A stretch of DNA of 64,000 bases, from IMG/VR virus record IMGVR_UViG_3300005613_000001, positions 434,001 to 498,000 of that record; one strand, written 5' to 3'. A program made the translations under genes and the position numbers. Numbering within the stretch: the stretch's first letter is position 1; every line of letters starts with the position of its first letter. This document shows, piece by piece, positions 9,168-22,369 of the stretch. Below the pieces are notes generated by a model. That model was not told where the DNA came from. It saw only the letters and a program-made list of their open reading frames with translations, and did not search any database.

Positions 9168-9681
9168 CTATTTTATTCTTCGCAAAAGGGTTATCCAAGA
9201 TAGTAGTGCAATAAGGGCATCTGGCTGATTGATAATGAATTTTACATAAACAAAATGGGCATTCAATTCCCTCGTCACAAATTATCTCAGGAGGCTTATC
9301 ATCCTGTTCAATTCTTCTAAATATTCTGCTGTATAGGTAGTATAAAATCGCTGCAATTATAATAAAATCTACAAATACCCCTAAAAAGTTGCCCAATTCA
9401 ATAACAACTCCTTCTATGGGCTCAAAAACTACCTTTCGCCAATCACCGTCAGCCTGATTCATAATATAGGTCAAGAAAGGCATGATAAGATGCTCTGAGA
9501 TAGATGCTACTACATTTTTAAATGCTGCCCCGAGCATAAAGGCAATAGCCATTTGAATCATTCTATCCTTGAATGCAAACTCTTTGAACGCCTCAAATTC
9601 CTTCCGTCCGACAAGACCTTCGATCTCATCTCCCAACTCATCTTTGATGCGTTCTACATCTATTATTGACTTAGGTTTCAT
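9112..9681 (-). CDS. mscL: Large-conductance mechanosensitive channel with C-terminal zinc-ribbon-like CxxC...CxxC
   Basis: FKEFAFKDRMIQMAIAFMLGAAFKNVVASISEHLIMP aligns with MscL S1/TM1 ([37 protein letters not shown]). TM2 is GNFLGVFVDFIIIAAILY; C-terminal CPFC..CPYC. Confidence 0.88.
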   Translation of the reverse strand: MKPKSIIDVERIKDELGDEIEGLVGRKEFEAFKEFAFKDRMIQMAIAFMLGAAFKNVVASISEHLIMPFLTYIMNQADGDWRKVVFEPIEGVVIELGNFLGVFVDFIIIAAILYYLYSRIFRRIEQDDKPPEIICDEGIECPFCLCKIHYQSARCPYCTTILDNPFAKNKIDEEQRSKNQRTKNNRGDP

Positions 9682-9684
9682 ATA

Positions 9685-9692
9685 TATAAATA
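9685..9692 (+). promoter_or_regulatory. T4-type late promoter TATAAATA
   Basis: Exact TATAAATA octamer in the 47-bp divergent gap before the peptidase at 9729. Confidence 0.55.
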
Positions 9693-9728
9693 GAGTAAAA
9701 ACTATCTTATTATCAGGAGGATCTAGTT

Positions 9729-11186
9729 ATGTTCGATTGGTTCCAAAACTTTTTAGATTGGTTCTACGGATTATTCTCTAGCGGCGAAAAAGCCGAGGCA
9801 AGGAAAGAGGATTTGTACATCCAATACTTGATGAATGATCCAACGACCCCAGAATTAATGGTAGAAGTCGTGCCACCTAACCCGCCCAAAGGCATGGATT
9901 TCCTAGTTCAAAATTATGTGGGTGGAGGATACCCTTGGGATCATTCCAAGGGACGTGCCGCAAACTGTTATGTTACGATGGCGCAAACTATTAAACAAAT
10001 TCAACGATATTCCCCCAGACCATTACAGCGATGGGCAGCTACGAACACCCTGTTGGTTGTCCCACAAGCGGGAAGACAACTAAATGCGTATTATGACCGT
10101 AGACATTTGAAGTTTTTCTATGCTTACGATAGAGAAATGCGAAAGGATGTTTATACATCCGACTCAGTGGATATTGTTGCACACGAATTGGGACACGCAC
10201 TTTTAGATACTATGCGACCTGACTTGTGGAGCGTACAATCACTAGAAGGATGGGGTTTCCATGAAGCATATTCTGATGTAAATGCTATTCTGGCATTACT
10301 TGGAAATGATGAAATTGTAAATCACGTTTTGAAAGAAACAGAAAATGATTTGAGGAAACATAATGTTGTTTCCAAATTAGCAGAAGAAATGGGCGATGCC
10401 ATCTATAATATCACCCGAGGAAGAGATGGTAGAAAACCGGGTGCCCTAAGAAATGCTATTAATAACTTCAAATATACTGAACCTGAAAAATTGCCCCAAA
10501 ATGCTCCCCACGATAAATTGGCCGGGGAATGCCATAGCTTTGGAAGATTATTCTTAGGTGCTTGGTATGACTTCCTAGTGGCTCTCTATGAACATAAACG
10601 AGCCCGAGGTAAAACGCCTAAAACAGCATTAAAAGAGGCGAGAGATGTCGCGGGACTTTATATTGTCCGTGGATTATCTCACGCTCCCGCATGCGTGCGA
10701 TACTACAATGCTGTCGCTAGAGCTATGATGGCTTATGATAAAACAAAATGTCATTCTCGCTATCAAAAGATTCTTCAAGAGGTATTCACAAAACGAGGAA
10801 TCTTGCGTCCAAAAGCTAGAGTCCTTTCTAATTTAACTTGGCAGGGACTAAACCTTAAGAATGATGATGATGTCATGAAATCAGACCACGGCTGGGTAGT
10901 CAGGTCAAAGAAAATTGAAACTTTAAAACTATCGGATCATTTAGAAGCTAGAACCCTAGTGAATAATCCATTGTTTAATGTTGAAATTGAAGTTCCAAGA
11001 GATAGCTACTTTGAATTTGATGCCAACGGCAACTTAGTTGACCAAATTCAAGAAAGTACCGAGGAAGTAGTGAATGCAGCTAGAGCTTGTTTGGTCCAAT
11101 TGGATACCCAAGGACAAGTAGGCGATGGCGAAGACACTATGTTTGCTATCGTAGATGGAAAATTAGTTAGAACTCATATTGAGTAA
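9729..11186 (+). CDS. Thermolysin/fungalysin-like (M4/M36) zinc metallopeptidase
   Basis: NAYYD, DIVAHELGH (HExxH) and GFHEAYSD (third zinc ligand Glu); amphipathic Trp/Phe-rich N-terminus. Confidence 0.88.
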   Translation: MFDWFQNFLDWFYGLFSSGEKAEARKEDLYIQYLMNDPTTPELMVEVVPPNPPKGMDFLVQNYVGGGYPWDHSKGRAANCYVTMAQTIKQIQRYSPRPLQRWAATNTLLVVPQAGRQLNAYYDRRHLKFFYAYDREMRKDVYTSDSVDIVAHELGHALLDTMRPDLWSVQSLEGWGFHEAYSDVNAILALLGNDEIVNHVLKETENDLRKHNVVSKLAEEMGDAIYNITRGRDGRKPGALRNAINNFKYTEPEKLPQNAPHDKLAGECHSFGRLFLGAWYDFLVALYEHKRARGKTPKTALKEARDVAGLYIVRGLSHAPACVRYYNAVARAMMAYDKTKCHSRYQKILQEVFTKRGILRPKARVLSNLTWQGLNLKNDDDVMKSDHGWVVRSKKIETLKLSDHLEARTLVNNPLFNVEIEVPRDSYFEFDANGNLVDQIQESTEEVVNAARACLVQLDTQGQVGDGEDTMFAIVDGKLVRTHIE

Positions 11187-11192
11187 GAACAC

Positions 11193-11241
11193 ACCCGGCG
11201 TACCGCTCCCTTTGGTGACGTACATAAAGGCCGGGTTTTTT
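11193..11241. terminator. Probable terminator between convergent genes
   Basis: ACCCGGC...GCCGGGT stem followed by a T-run; long loop. Confidence 0.6.
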
Positions 11242-11242
11242 C

Positions 11243-12052
11243 TTATGCATATCCAAAAAATCTGTTGTAATCTTGAAACCTATTCATAATAGTGTTTGCA
11301 AGATCAGGAGAAAAATACTGCCTCCACTCGTTAGGATCAGAAGCCTCAACCTTACCCGATCCCGTGTGTGGGAACTTATGCAAATAAAATCCATCAGGGT
11401 CTTCAGCGGTGTTCTCTATGTTTTCAAAATCATGCTCAAATAGTGTTTCGTCTAATTCAGTGTAAATCTTCTCAAAGACACCATTTGGATCGGCTGCCAT
11501 ACTCTCATACTGAACATAAACAACACCAGGCGGTTTGCGACGAATTAAATCCTCAATTCCTAAAATGGGACCACCTATCAAACCCTGTTCACTAAACATA
11601 CGGTTTGCCCTGTCAAAAACAGTCTTTTGAATGGCATTCTGAGCATCATCCAATAGAGGATTCTTTCGATGTTGTTTCTCTATAGAAGCAAAAACATTTC
11701 TTAAATCCCGCACCATCACAATGAGCTTGGAATCAGGATAAAGCTTCTTTAATGAAAGGGAATTGAGTGACCACGCCCGGCTCTTATCAAAAATAATCTC
11801 CCGACTTTCCTGCTTATACCAAGTTTCTACGAAAGCCTGGATACTATCTGTAATCCGTTGCTCGGTTTCCACCTTCTTTTTCTCTAAAAGACTTTTTACC
11901 TCTACGGCATTACTGATATTATGAACCATACCATTGAGAATTCCCGGCAAAGGAGATGTACTGGTAGCCCAAAACCGTGGGTTCTGATTCAAAATATTAC
12001 ATAAAAGCGTACTACCAGCCCTCGGTAGCCCCGTAATAGCATTTAATTTCAT
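11243..12052 (-). CDS. Sulfotransferase family protein
   Basis: GLPRAGSTLLCNILNQ PAPS loop, DKSRAW and VMVRDLRNVFAS. Confidence 0.88.
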   Translation of the reverse strand: MKLNAITGLPRAGSTLLCNILNQNPRFWATSTSPLPGILNGMVHNISNAVEVKSLLEKKKVETEQRITDSIQAFVETWYKQESREIIFDKSRAWSLNSLSLKKLYPDSKLIVMVRDLRNVFASIEKQHRKNPLLDDAQNAIQKTVFDRANRMFSEQGLIGGPILGIEDLIRRKPPGVVYVQYESMAADPNGVFEKIYTELDETLFEHDFENIENTAEDPDGFYLHKFPHTGSGKVEASDPNEWRQYFSPDLANTIMNRFQDYNRFFGYA

Positions 12053-12481
12053 TTATGTGATTCCCAATGCTGTTTCAACTTCTTCTAGTTGGGTTTGCAA
12101 TGTAGCGATCACAGCAGGATCTTCCTCCGCCTCAATTTTTTCTCTAAGTATTTTTTCTTTAGATAAATTAGCCACAACCGCAACTAATCCACCCATCACT
12201 TGCGCCAATGCTGGAACTCTGGCTGATTCTGTCAAGAGATTTTCAATTTCAAACACCTGGGGTTGCGGTGGTCCTAATTCTGAAGTATCAAAATTATAAG
12301 GAACCATAATTGCTCTTGCGCTAGGGACCAGGGGGTTTTCGCTTGGATTTCTACGATGTTGGCGAACATTTGCCGTAACGTGCAACTCTGCAATATAGCG
12401 ATCTGGATATGTTTTCTCCTCTGTGGCAGGAACCGCAGGGATTACAACTGGATCGACTGAATCTATTCTTGGTAAAGACAT
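12053..12481 (-). CDS. Hypothetical protein
   Basis: 142 aa ORF with AGGAG SD, abutting the sulfotransferase. Confidence 0.65.
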   Translation of the reverse strand: MSLPRIDSVDPVVIPAVPATEEKTYPDRYIAELHVTANVRQHRRNPSENPLVPSARAIMVPYNFDTSELGPPQPQVFEIENLLTESARVPALAQVMGGLVAVVANLSKEKILREKIEAEEDPAVIATLQTQLEEVETALGIT

Positions 12482-12511
12482 TATTTTCTCCTTTTAGGTA
12501 TTATAGTAGGA

Positions 12512-12901
12512 TCACCACGTTAATGCGGGCCAATTTGAAACTGGGCCTCCGGTTGGGGGAGGAGTATCACCAACAAATTCGTGGGCTCCCTGATCCCAAG
12601 TATCACCTTGGGAATCACGATCCCGGCCATTTATATCGATCTCAACACCAGAAGGAGTCGTTCCTAAATCTGTTCCTGCATCTATTGCATCTGACTGGGC
12701 TTTTAAATGCAAATCTTCAGAGCCAACAGTAGATCCCCCATTAATTGTCACCTGTTCATCAAAGTCAGAGTCATCATACATTTCACCTACTGCATCATCG
12801 CTAGATGAATAATACGCAACATTATCTAAATCAGCTTCCCATGCGGTAATAGTAGAATAATCTCGGGAGGTTACCCCAATGCTTTTCGTAACTGTAGCCA
12901 T
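12512..12901 (-). CDS. Short paralog of the 14198-15370 beta-helix protein (N- and C-caps only)
   Basis: Residues 1-60 match residues 1-63 of the 390-aa protein, then run directly into DLHLK...DTWDxGAxE matching its residues from about 307. Has its own TAAATA element. Confidence 0.75.
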   Translation of the reverse strand: MATVTKSIGVTSRDYSTITAWEADLDNVAYYSSSDDAVGEMYDDSDFDEQVTINGGSTVGSEDLHLKAQSDAIDAGTDLGTTPSGVEIDINGRDRDSQGDTWDQGAHEFVGDTPPPTGGPVSNWPALTW

Positions 12902-12907
12902 AAAGGC

Positions 12908-12913
12908 TATTTA
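12908..12913 (-). promoter_or_regulatory. Late-promoter-like TAAATA
   Basis: 6 nt upstream of ATG 12901 and just downstream of a terminator. Confidence 0.5.
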
Positions 12914-12924
12914 TCAATATTAAT

Positions 12925-12963
12925 AAAAAAGTCCTCAGAGATTACAGACAATCTCCAAGGACT
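12925..12963 (-). terminator. Rho-independent terminator
   Basis: On minus: AGTCCT..GAGATT-loop-AATCTC..AGGACT then T6. Confidence 0.7.
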
Positions 12964-12988
12964 CAACAACATAGCAGTTGTTTTGTTA

Positions 12989-14197
12989 TTATTCTTCTAA
13001 TTTCTCACGGATATAAGTAATATGCGACGGAAAGACTTTTGAAAAACCAAGTTCCTCACCCCTTGAAACCGTAGCACTCCCCAACGCTGTAATGTTAGTA
13101 ATGTCATCGGTAGTCAAAATCCCACCATCAACTAATGCTTGCATCATAGCTCCACGATCACTAAGACTGAGATCCAACGATGTTCCATCACGCATAATTA
13201 ATAGTTTTGCCACATTAGCGATTGAACGCAAAGAATCGGGCAAAGCATCATTATCAGCAGCATTAGAAATCCGCATAAAACGCCCATCAGCACCGGACCA
13301 AGCAAGAAGTTCCGCAGAAGAAATAGCTCTTGTAATATCCCTATCCTCCACTTCATTCATATTCTCTGCGACTTCTTGAGGTTCCATATTTGCATATCCC
13401 CGTCCAAGAGGATCATTGACATATTCGGCTGTTAATTTATCTAAATCAACCATGTAACCTATACCTTTCAATAAAGTTATTTCTTCTTTAAACCACATCC
13501 ACAAAGTGCGAATATCAACTGGAAGAACATTATCAGGTATTTGATTCTTCAAACTACCATCAAGCTGTGGAAGTTCTTGCCAGAGGACATTGTGAGCACG
13601 CATATGCATGATTCGACCATTTTCATCACAAATTGATGATTGTAATTTTGATGCTGTTTCATCATCAAAATTATCAACTTTAATTTGTAGATGATGGCGG
13701 CAATCTAAATTTCCCACGGGCCACAATTCATAATCTTTCCTTCGGTGGGATGAATGTTCTTCTATAATACTCCAAAGATTATTTACAGAAGTTTCATCTG
13801 TATTTGTTTTTCCACCATACCAAACCTCTTCACCAGGAGATCCAAAAATTGCGTGTCTTTCGTGATTTAACCGCATTTTTAAAAACACAGGAACATTCAT
13901 AGTTTCGCCTTTAGCATTTGGCGTTTTTCCTATAATTTCTTCTTCGTCTGTTAAGAGGTTTATGCGTTTCACAAAATTAGTGCTTACTCTTCTGAATTCA
14001 TACTGGTAAATGGCATTTCTCAATCTTCTAGGGATACTATCATAAATACGATGCACTAGTTTCCCGCCTCCTGCATTTCCAACGTCACCAATATGATCGG
14101 CATATACGATGCCTATTCGCCTTCTATTAAAAGCTCCCAATATATCACCGTCTTCAAAGTTGGAGCTTTCCCCTATTTTCAACATTAATTCTGCCAT
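12989..14197 (-). CDS. Hypothetical protein, probably a two-domain fusion associated with the fibre module
   Basis: 402 aa; internal Met (MVDLDKL...DPLGRGY) near 13453 is preceded by an SD-like GAAAGGTATAGG. Confidence 0.7.
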   Translation of the reverse strand: MAELMLKIGESSNFEDGDILGAFNRRRIGIVYADHIGDVGNAGGGKLVHRIYDSIPRRLRNAIYQYEFRRVSTNFVKRINLLTDEEEIIGKTPNAKGETMNVPVFLKMRLNHERHAIFGSPGEEVWYGGKTNTDETSVNNLWSIIEEHSSHRRKDYELWPVGNLDCRHHLQIKVDNFDDETASKLQSSICDENGRIMHMRAHNVLWQELPQLDGSLKNQIPDNVLPVDIRTLWMWFKEEITLLKGIGYMVDLDKLTAEYVNDPLGRGYANMEPQEVAENMNEVEDRDITRAISSAELLAWSGADGRFMRISNAADNDALPDSLRSIANVAKLLIMRDGTSLDLSLSDRGAMMQALVDGGILTTDDITNITALGSATVSRGEELGFSKVFPSHITYIREKLEE

Positions 14198-15370
14198 TTA
14201 TGCGGTTATTTCTTGTAATTCTTTTATACTGTCAACAGTAATAGAGTTAAGTGTTTTCACGTTTCCCCAAACGATACTATTAATAGTCTTTATGTTCCCA
14301 CTCGCTACTACGTATTCATCAGCGCCCATATCCCAGGTATCACCCTCTGAATCCCGATCCCTCCCATCAATATCTATTTCTACGCCAGAGGGTGTAGTGC
14401 CTAAATCTGTTCCGGCATTGATCGCATCAGCACCCGATTTTAGGTGTAGATCTATACTGCTGATGATTGATTCAAATTGATCGCTTGCCGATTTATTTGT
14501 AAGTGATCCTGTACCGGCAGCCGTTGCGTCTGATGATAGATTGTGGTCGTCGGTAACATTGGAGAATGATTCAAAACAATCAGCAGGACCGCTACCGTTT
14601 GTTTGTACGTCCATCACGACATTGTTTCGGCAATACTCCGTAATCGCCCCAGCATCGTACATCATGATACCGATAAGATCAGCCGTACTACTTGCGTGCG
14701 CTTCATCTATATTCCAAATGGTGTTATTGCACACATAGACGGTATCCCAATATCCCGTTTTTATTCCGATCAAATCACCACGATCACCCGTCGTGTTTTG
14801 CTTAATATCAAAGATGATATTGTTGCAAATTTGAAGCTCTGAGGTAGATCCTCCCAAACAGTGGTGGCCGATATGTATTCCAAAGCTGTTACGAGCATTA
14901 ACAACTGTGTGATAACAAAGATTGTGGCGAATCCTCAGCGTTTTAGATACGCCCCCAGAGGGCTCGGAAGTTGTAGAGCAAATGCAGCCACGGTAACAGT
15001 GATTATTAGCGTTAGCCATTTCCAGCCACTCAATAGTAACATCGTTGGGCATTGCATCTATGTCTATACTGATGCAATGACCCCCTGTGTATGATCCTCC
15101 ACTATGAACATTCCTAGCGCCACTCCCTGCCGTGCCATCGTGCCTTTCACTTTCAGGCACAGTTAGTTTTAATGAACTAAGCCCAACTGTGCCGCCTCCA
15201 TTTATTGTTACCTCTTCATTGAAAACTGAATCGTTGTAACACTCGCCTACAGCATCATCGCCAGCGCTGTAAATGGCTACGTTGTCTAGATCCGCCTCCC
15301 AAGCTGTAATAGTGCTGTAATCTCTACTGGGAGATACGCTTGTGCCTATGGATTTTGTAACAGTCGCCAA
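14198..15370 (-). CDS. Right-handed beta-helix (pectin-lyase-like) fibre/receptor-binding protein
   Basis: TTG start after AGGAG. Repeating N/I/G strands (IRHNLCY, ICNNIIF, VCNNTIW, CRNNVVM) and the C-terminal cap DLHLKSGADAINAG...DIDGRDR...WDMGADEY. Confidence 0.75.
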   Translation of the reverse strand: MATVTKSIGTSVSPSRDYSTITAWEADLDNVAIYSAGDDAVGECYNDSVFNEEVTINGGGTVGLSSLKLTVPESERHDGTAGSGARNVHSGGSYTGGHCISIDIDAMPNDVTIEWLEMANANNHCYRGCICSTTSEPSGGVSKTLRIRHNLCYHTVVNARNSFGIHIGHHCLGGSTSELQICNNIIFDIKQNTTGDRGDLIGIKTGYWDTVYVCNNTIWNIDEAHASSTADLIGIMMYDAGAITEYCRNNVVMDVQTNGSGPADCFESFSNVTDDHNLSSDATAAGTGSLTNKSASDQFESIISSIDLHLKSGADAINAGTDLGTTPSGVEIDIDGRDRDSEGDTWDMGADEYVVASGNIKTINSIVWGNVKTLNSITVDSIKELQEITA

Positions 15371-15379
15371 TTCAACTCC

Positions 15380-19456
<4,077 letters not shown>

Positions 19457-19474
19457 TTAGGAACTTCCTTGTCC

Positions 19475-20878
19475 TTATATATGGCTGTTACGCATACCTT
19501 TACACAGAAGAATATAAGATGAGGTATCTTCTCCGCCTTCAATCCACTTTTCGGCCCAATTAAATCTTATTATATCTTTAATTTCAATTAGATCGCCCAA
19601 CCTTTTTCGCAAGGTATCTTCTGAATAAACTCGCACATGAGCCGGGTCAGTAAAAGAAGGAACAGAAAAGATCACATTTTTATTAGCAGGAATTTTAGAT
19701 ATAATTTTAATATCATCTAAATGCTCTAAGACTTCTGTAAGAACATAGGTGTCGTAATCGCCAAAATCTTCTTCATACGCATCGGCTTTCCACACATTAG
19801 GATTGTTAGCCACTCGTACAGCCTCATCACTAAAATCAAAACCATGATAGTTGTGAATATAATATTGCAATTCGGCTGTACCACAACCTATTTCCAAAAC
19901 ACTTCCAGTCGCCCAATCCGCAACTTTCTTAGTAATTGCTTCATAGCGACTCATATCTGTGCTTTTTTTGAAGATCTTGTTGTAATATTCTGATTTTTGT
20001 TCTAGGGCTTCATGGGTGAATAAGACGGCATCATTTGTAGCCATCCCTGCGAATTGTTCCCATTTTTTCCTGTTTTTAGGGCCTGACATTTGTGCCATTA
20101 GGTTAAGTGCGGCTCTAAAGTCAGCATTTATTTTAATTGCTTGCAAACAGGCATCTCTTGCTTTTTCGCCTTGCTGTAGCTGCCAATAGGATTTAGCTAA
20201 AAGATAATAAGCATCTGCCATCTCCCCGCCCCAAGATTTCTTTTCTAGATAGATTTGGAGCCAATAGACTGCTTTTTCCCATTCATATTTGTATGTGTAT
20301 TCCCGCCCCAAATAATAGACTTCTCTAACGAGGTTTGGATTTTTTTTAATTTCTTTAGTTAAAATTCTTAGTGTTCTATTGGGGTCATCATTATGCGAGG
20401 GGCTTTTATAGAAGTTAATTTTAACATCGAGTCGTTCTTGTTTTGAGATACCTTTGAGGTAATTATGGATAGCTCCGTGCCATTTTATTTCAGGTTTATT
20501 AAGGCAGACTCTTGGAGAGTAGAAAGAGGTATTTCCTCCGACAACCCGTAAACAGAGGGCTTCGCATGGAGTTTCTTTAATTTTTTCACGAATTTTATCA
20601 AGACCACCATCCTCTAGAATCTCATCTGCATCGATAATGAGAATCCAATCTCCGGTAGCTTTGGTATTGGCAAAATTTCGTGCTTCAGCGAAATTATCAT
20701 TCCAGACGTATTCATTTTCAAAGAAATTATCTGTATATTTTAATGCTACATCTCTTGTTTTATCGGTAGAACCCGTATCAACAATTACAATTTCATCTAC
20801 GTCTTTAATGGATTCAAGGCAATTACCCAGCATTACCTCTTCATTTTTAACTATCAATACTGCTGAAATCTTTGTCAT
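19475..20878 (-). CDS. GT2 glycosyltransferase - TPR - class I SAM methyltransferase fusion
   Basis: ISAVLIVKNEE...DEIVIVDTGSTD...ILIIDADE (GT2), TPR-like helices (YYLGREY, YYLLAKSY), then VLEIGCGT...VLEH. Confidence 0.88.
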   Translation of the reverse strand: MTKISAVLIVKNEEVMLGNCLESIKDVDEIVIVDTGSTDKTRDVALKYTDNFFENEYVWNDNFAEARNFANTKATGDWILIIDADEILEDGGLDKIREKIKETPCEALCLRVVGGNTSFYSPRVCLNKPEIKWHGAIHNYLKGISKQERLDVKINFYKSPSHNDDPNRTLRILTKEIKKNPNLVREVYYLGREYTYKYEWEKAVYWLQIYLEKKSWGGEMADAYYLLAKSYWQLQQGEKARDACLQAIKINADFRAALNLMAQMSGPKNRKKWEQFAGMATNDAVLFTHEALEQKSEYYNKIFKKSTDMSRYEAITKKVADWATGSVLEIGCGTAELQYYIHNYHGFDFSDEAVRVANNPNVWKADAYEEDFGDYDTYVLTEVLEHLDDIKIISKIPANKNVIFSVPSFTDPAHVRVYSEDTLRKRLGDLIEIKDIIRFNWAEKWIEGGEDTSSYILLCKGMRNSHI

Positions 20879-21323
20879 AATCTAATAGAGGATACTTTCG
20901 TTTTTTCGGCTGGCCTTCTGCATCAAATTCTATAATTGATACTTCATCATCTAGATTTTTGTAAAAAAGCTCAGCATAAGGCTTATCTCCCATAAAATTA
21001 AGTCTTATTTTCACGACAGAAATATCATCTTCTACGTGTTCTACCGAAATTTTAAAGGTATCATTCTTAGTTTTGCAGACTATATAAGCATCGCCTTTTG
21101 CATTGGGGGGATTATCTTTGGTGAGGGGGATTTCCATTTCGCGGGCAACTCGCTTACAAGCTCTGTACATAGTTGGAGCATCATAAGCATAATAGGTTTC
21201 CGCTTCGCCTTCTGACCACTTGGTTATACCATACGTAATTGTGCTTATAGCAAAAGGAGTTAAAGCAATTGCTGCACAGCCATTGAGAAAAAGCAAAAAA
21301 ATAATTAGAATAGATTTTTTCAT
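20847..21323 (-). CDS. DUF3568-like lipoprotein
   Basis: Lipobox LNGC after a hydrophobic signal; the pattern G...Y..D...YRAC..V...M.I.....KIRLNFMGD matches recalled DUF3568. Confidence 0.6.
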   Translation of the reverse strand: MKKSILIIFLLFLNGCAAIALTPFAISTITYGITKWSEGEAETYYAYDAPTMYRACKRVAREMEIPLTKDNPPNAKGDAYIVCKTKNDTFKISVEHVEDDISVVKIRLNFMGDKPYAELFYKNLDDEVSIIEFDAEGQPKKRKYPLLDYDKDFSSIDS

Positions 21324-21375
21324 AGCAAACCCCTATTATTATTTATGAGTTTTCTTTAGAATAAGGAGTCGAAAA

Positions 21376-21600
21376 ATGAGCAAATGGGATAATGAGCCTT
21401 TTGACGATGACAAATATATAGAGGATCTAGAAAATGCGGATTATGATGAGGAAAATCAAGATGACGATGAAGATTGGGAACGCTATACACAATGGGAAGA
21501 AATAGCGGAAGAAAAATACGAAAAAAATTCCTGGGATGAAGAAGACGAAGAAGATGAGGATGAAGAAGATATAGAAGATGATGATTGGGAAGATGAATGA
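21376..21600 (+). CDS. Very acidic small protein
   Basis: 74 aa with 42 D/E and 5 Trp; TAAGGAG SD. Confidence 0.75.
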   Translation: MSKWDNEPFDDDKYIEDLENADYDEENQDDDEDWERYTQWEEIAEEKYEKNSWDEEDEEDEDEEDIEDDDWEDE

Positions 21601-22169
21601 ATATTGCCACTGAATATTTAACGAGGCGGAAATTCAAGAAACAACTTTTTGAGACCCCTTGTTCACTATTCCTTATCGGCAGCGACCCTGACACCAAAGG
21701 ACAAATCATTGTTGTAACATTTGAAGATTACAATGATAAGAAATACATCATCAAACGATGGAACCTCTATGATGCTTCCCCGGAGTTCATTTTGCCCCCT
21801 ATGAGAGAATTCATTGTTTCTAAGAATATTATATTTAATAAAATTATTACTGGCTTTAAACCTCTGCCATTTGTAAATTCTAGAATCCCAAATGAAGAAA
21901 ACCGCTACTGGCGTCCTATGTCTAATTATGTTTATCTACATTACCATGATGAGTGCCTAGATAGCCCTGGTCATCGATATCAGCGGACTGAACTTCTCTG
22001 GAAAGCATTCTGTGCCACCTATTTCCCAGAACTCGCACATGATGTGTTCTACGTGCCCCGTAATCAAATAAAATTAAATCATCCACGATATTGGAAGTAT
22101 TGGACCAAATGGAAAAAGTATTTATTAAAATATAAAGGGGCGGCTCCTGAGCTAGTATTTAAGACTTAG
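21597..22169 (+). CDS. Hypothetical protein
   Basis: 190 aa, ATGA overlap with the acidic gene; aromatic-rich. Confidence 0.6.
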   Translation: MNIATEYLTRRKFKKQLFETPCSLFLIGSDPDTKGQIIVVTFEDYNDKKYIIKRWNLYDASPEFILPPMREFIVSKNIIFNKIITGFKPLPFVNSRIPNEENRYWRPMSNYVYLHYHDECLDSPGHRYQRTELLWKAFCATYFPELAHDVFYVPRNQIKLNHPRYWKYWTKWKKYLLKYKGAAPELVFKT

Positions 22170-22362
22170 CCTTCATCTTCTTTTTCATCTTCTTCATAGC
22201 TCTTGTTTTTGGTCCACATTTGCATCCGGTGGGCGGTCTTTCATCTGATCCTGGTCCGTGGAAGTCTGCCCAAGCTCCGGGGAAATCTGTAGGGTCTTGT
22301 TTGGGTGGGTGCATACCGCCGCCCAGAGTTTGAGATTCAAGCCATTTTTTAAATGATAACAT
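22159..22362 (-). CDS. Small protein with capsid-targeting-like N-terminus
   Basis: MLSFKKWLE start, Pro/Gly-rich middle and Lys-rich tail. Confidence 0.55.
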   Translation of the reverse strand: MLSFKKWLESQTLGGGMHPPKQDPTDFPGAWADFHGPGSDERPPTGCKCGPKTRAMKKMKKKMKAKS

Positions 22363-22369
22363 ACTAGTC

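Noticed and set aside
5188-11186. Host chromosomal segment or prophage boundary (cellular-type genes M28, mscL, M4)
   Set aside because: These genes are interleaved with terminase and virion genes, share the AT-rich composition and late-promoter motifs, and no integrase or att site is visible.
12512-15370. Diversity-generating retroelement TR/VR pair
   Set aside because: Differences between the copies involve all bases and are mostly synonymous rather than adenine-specific; no reverse transcriptase in the window.
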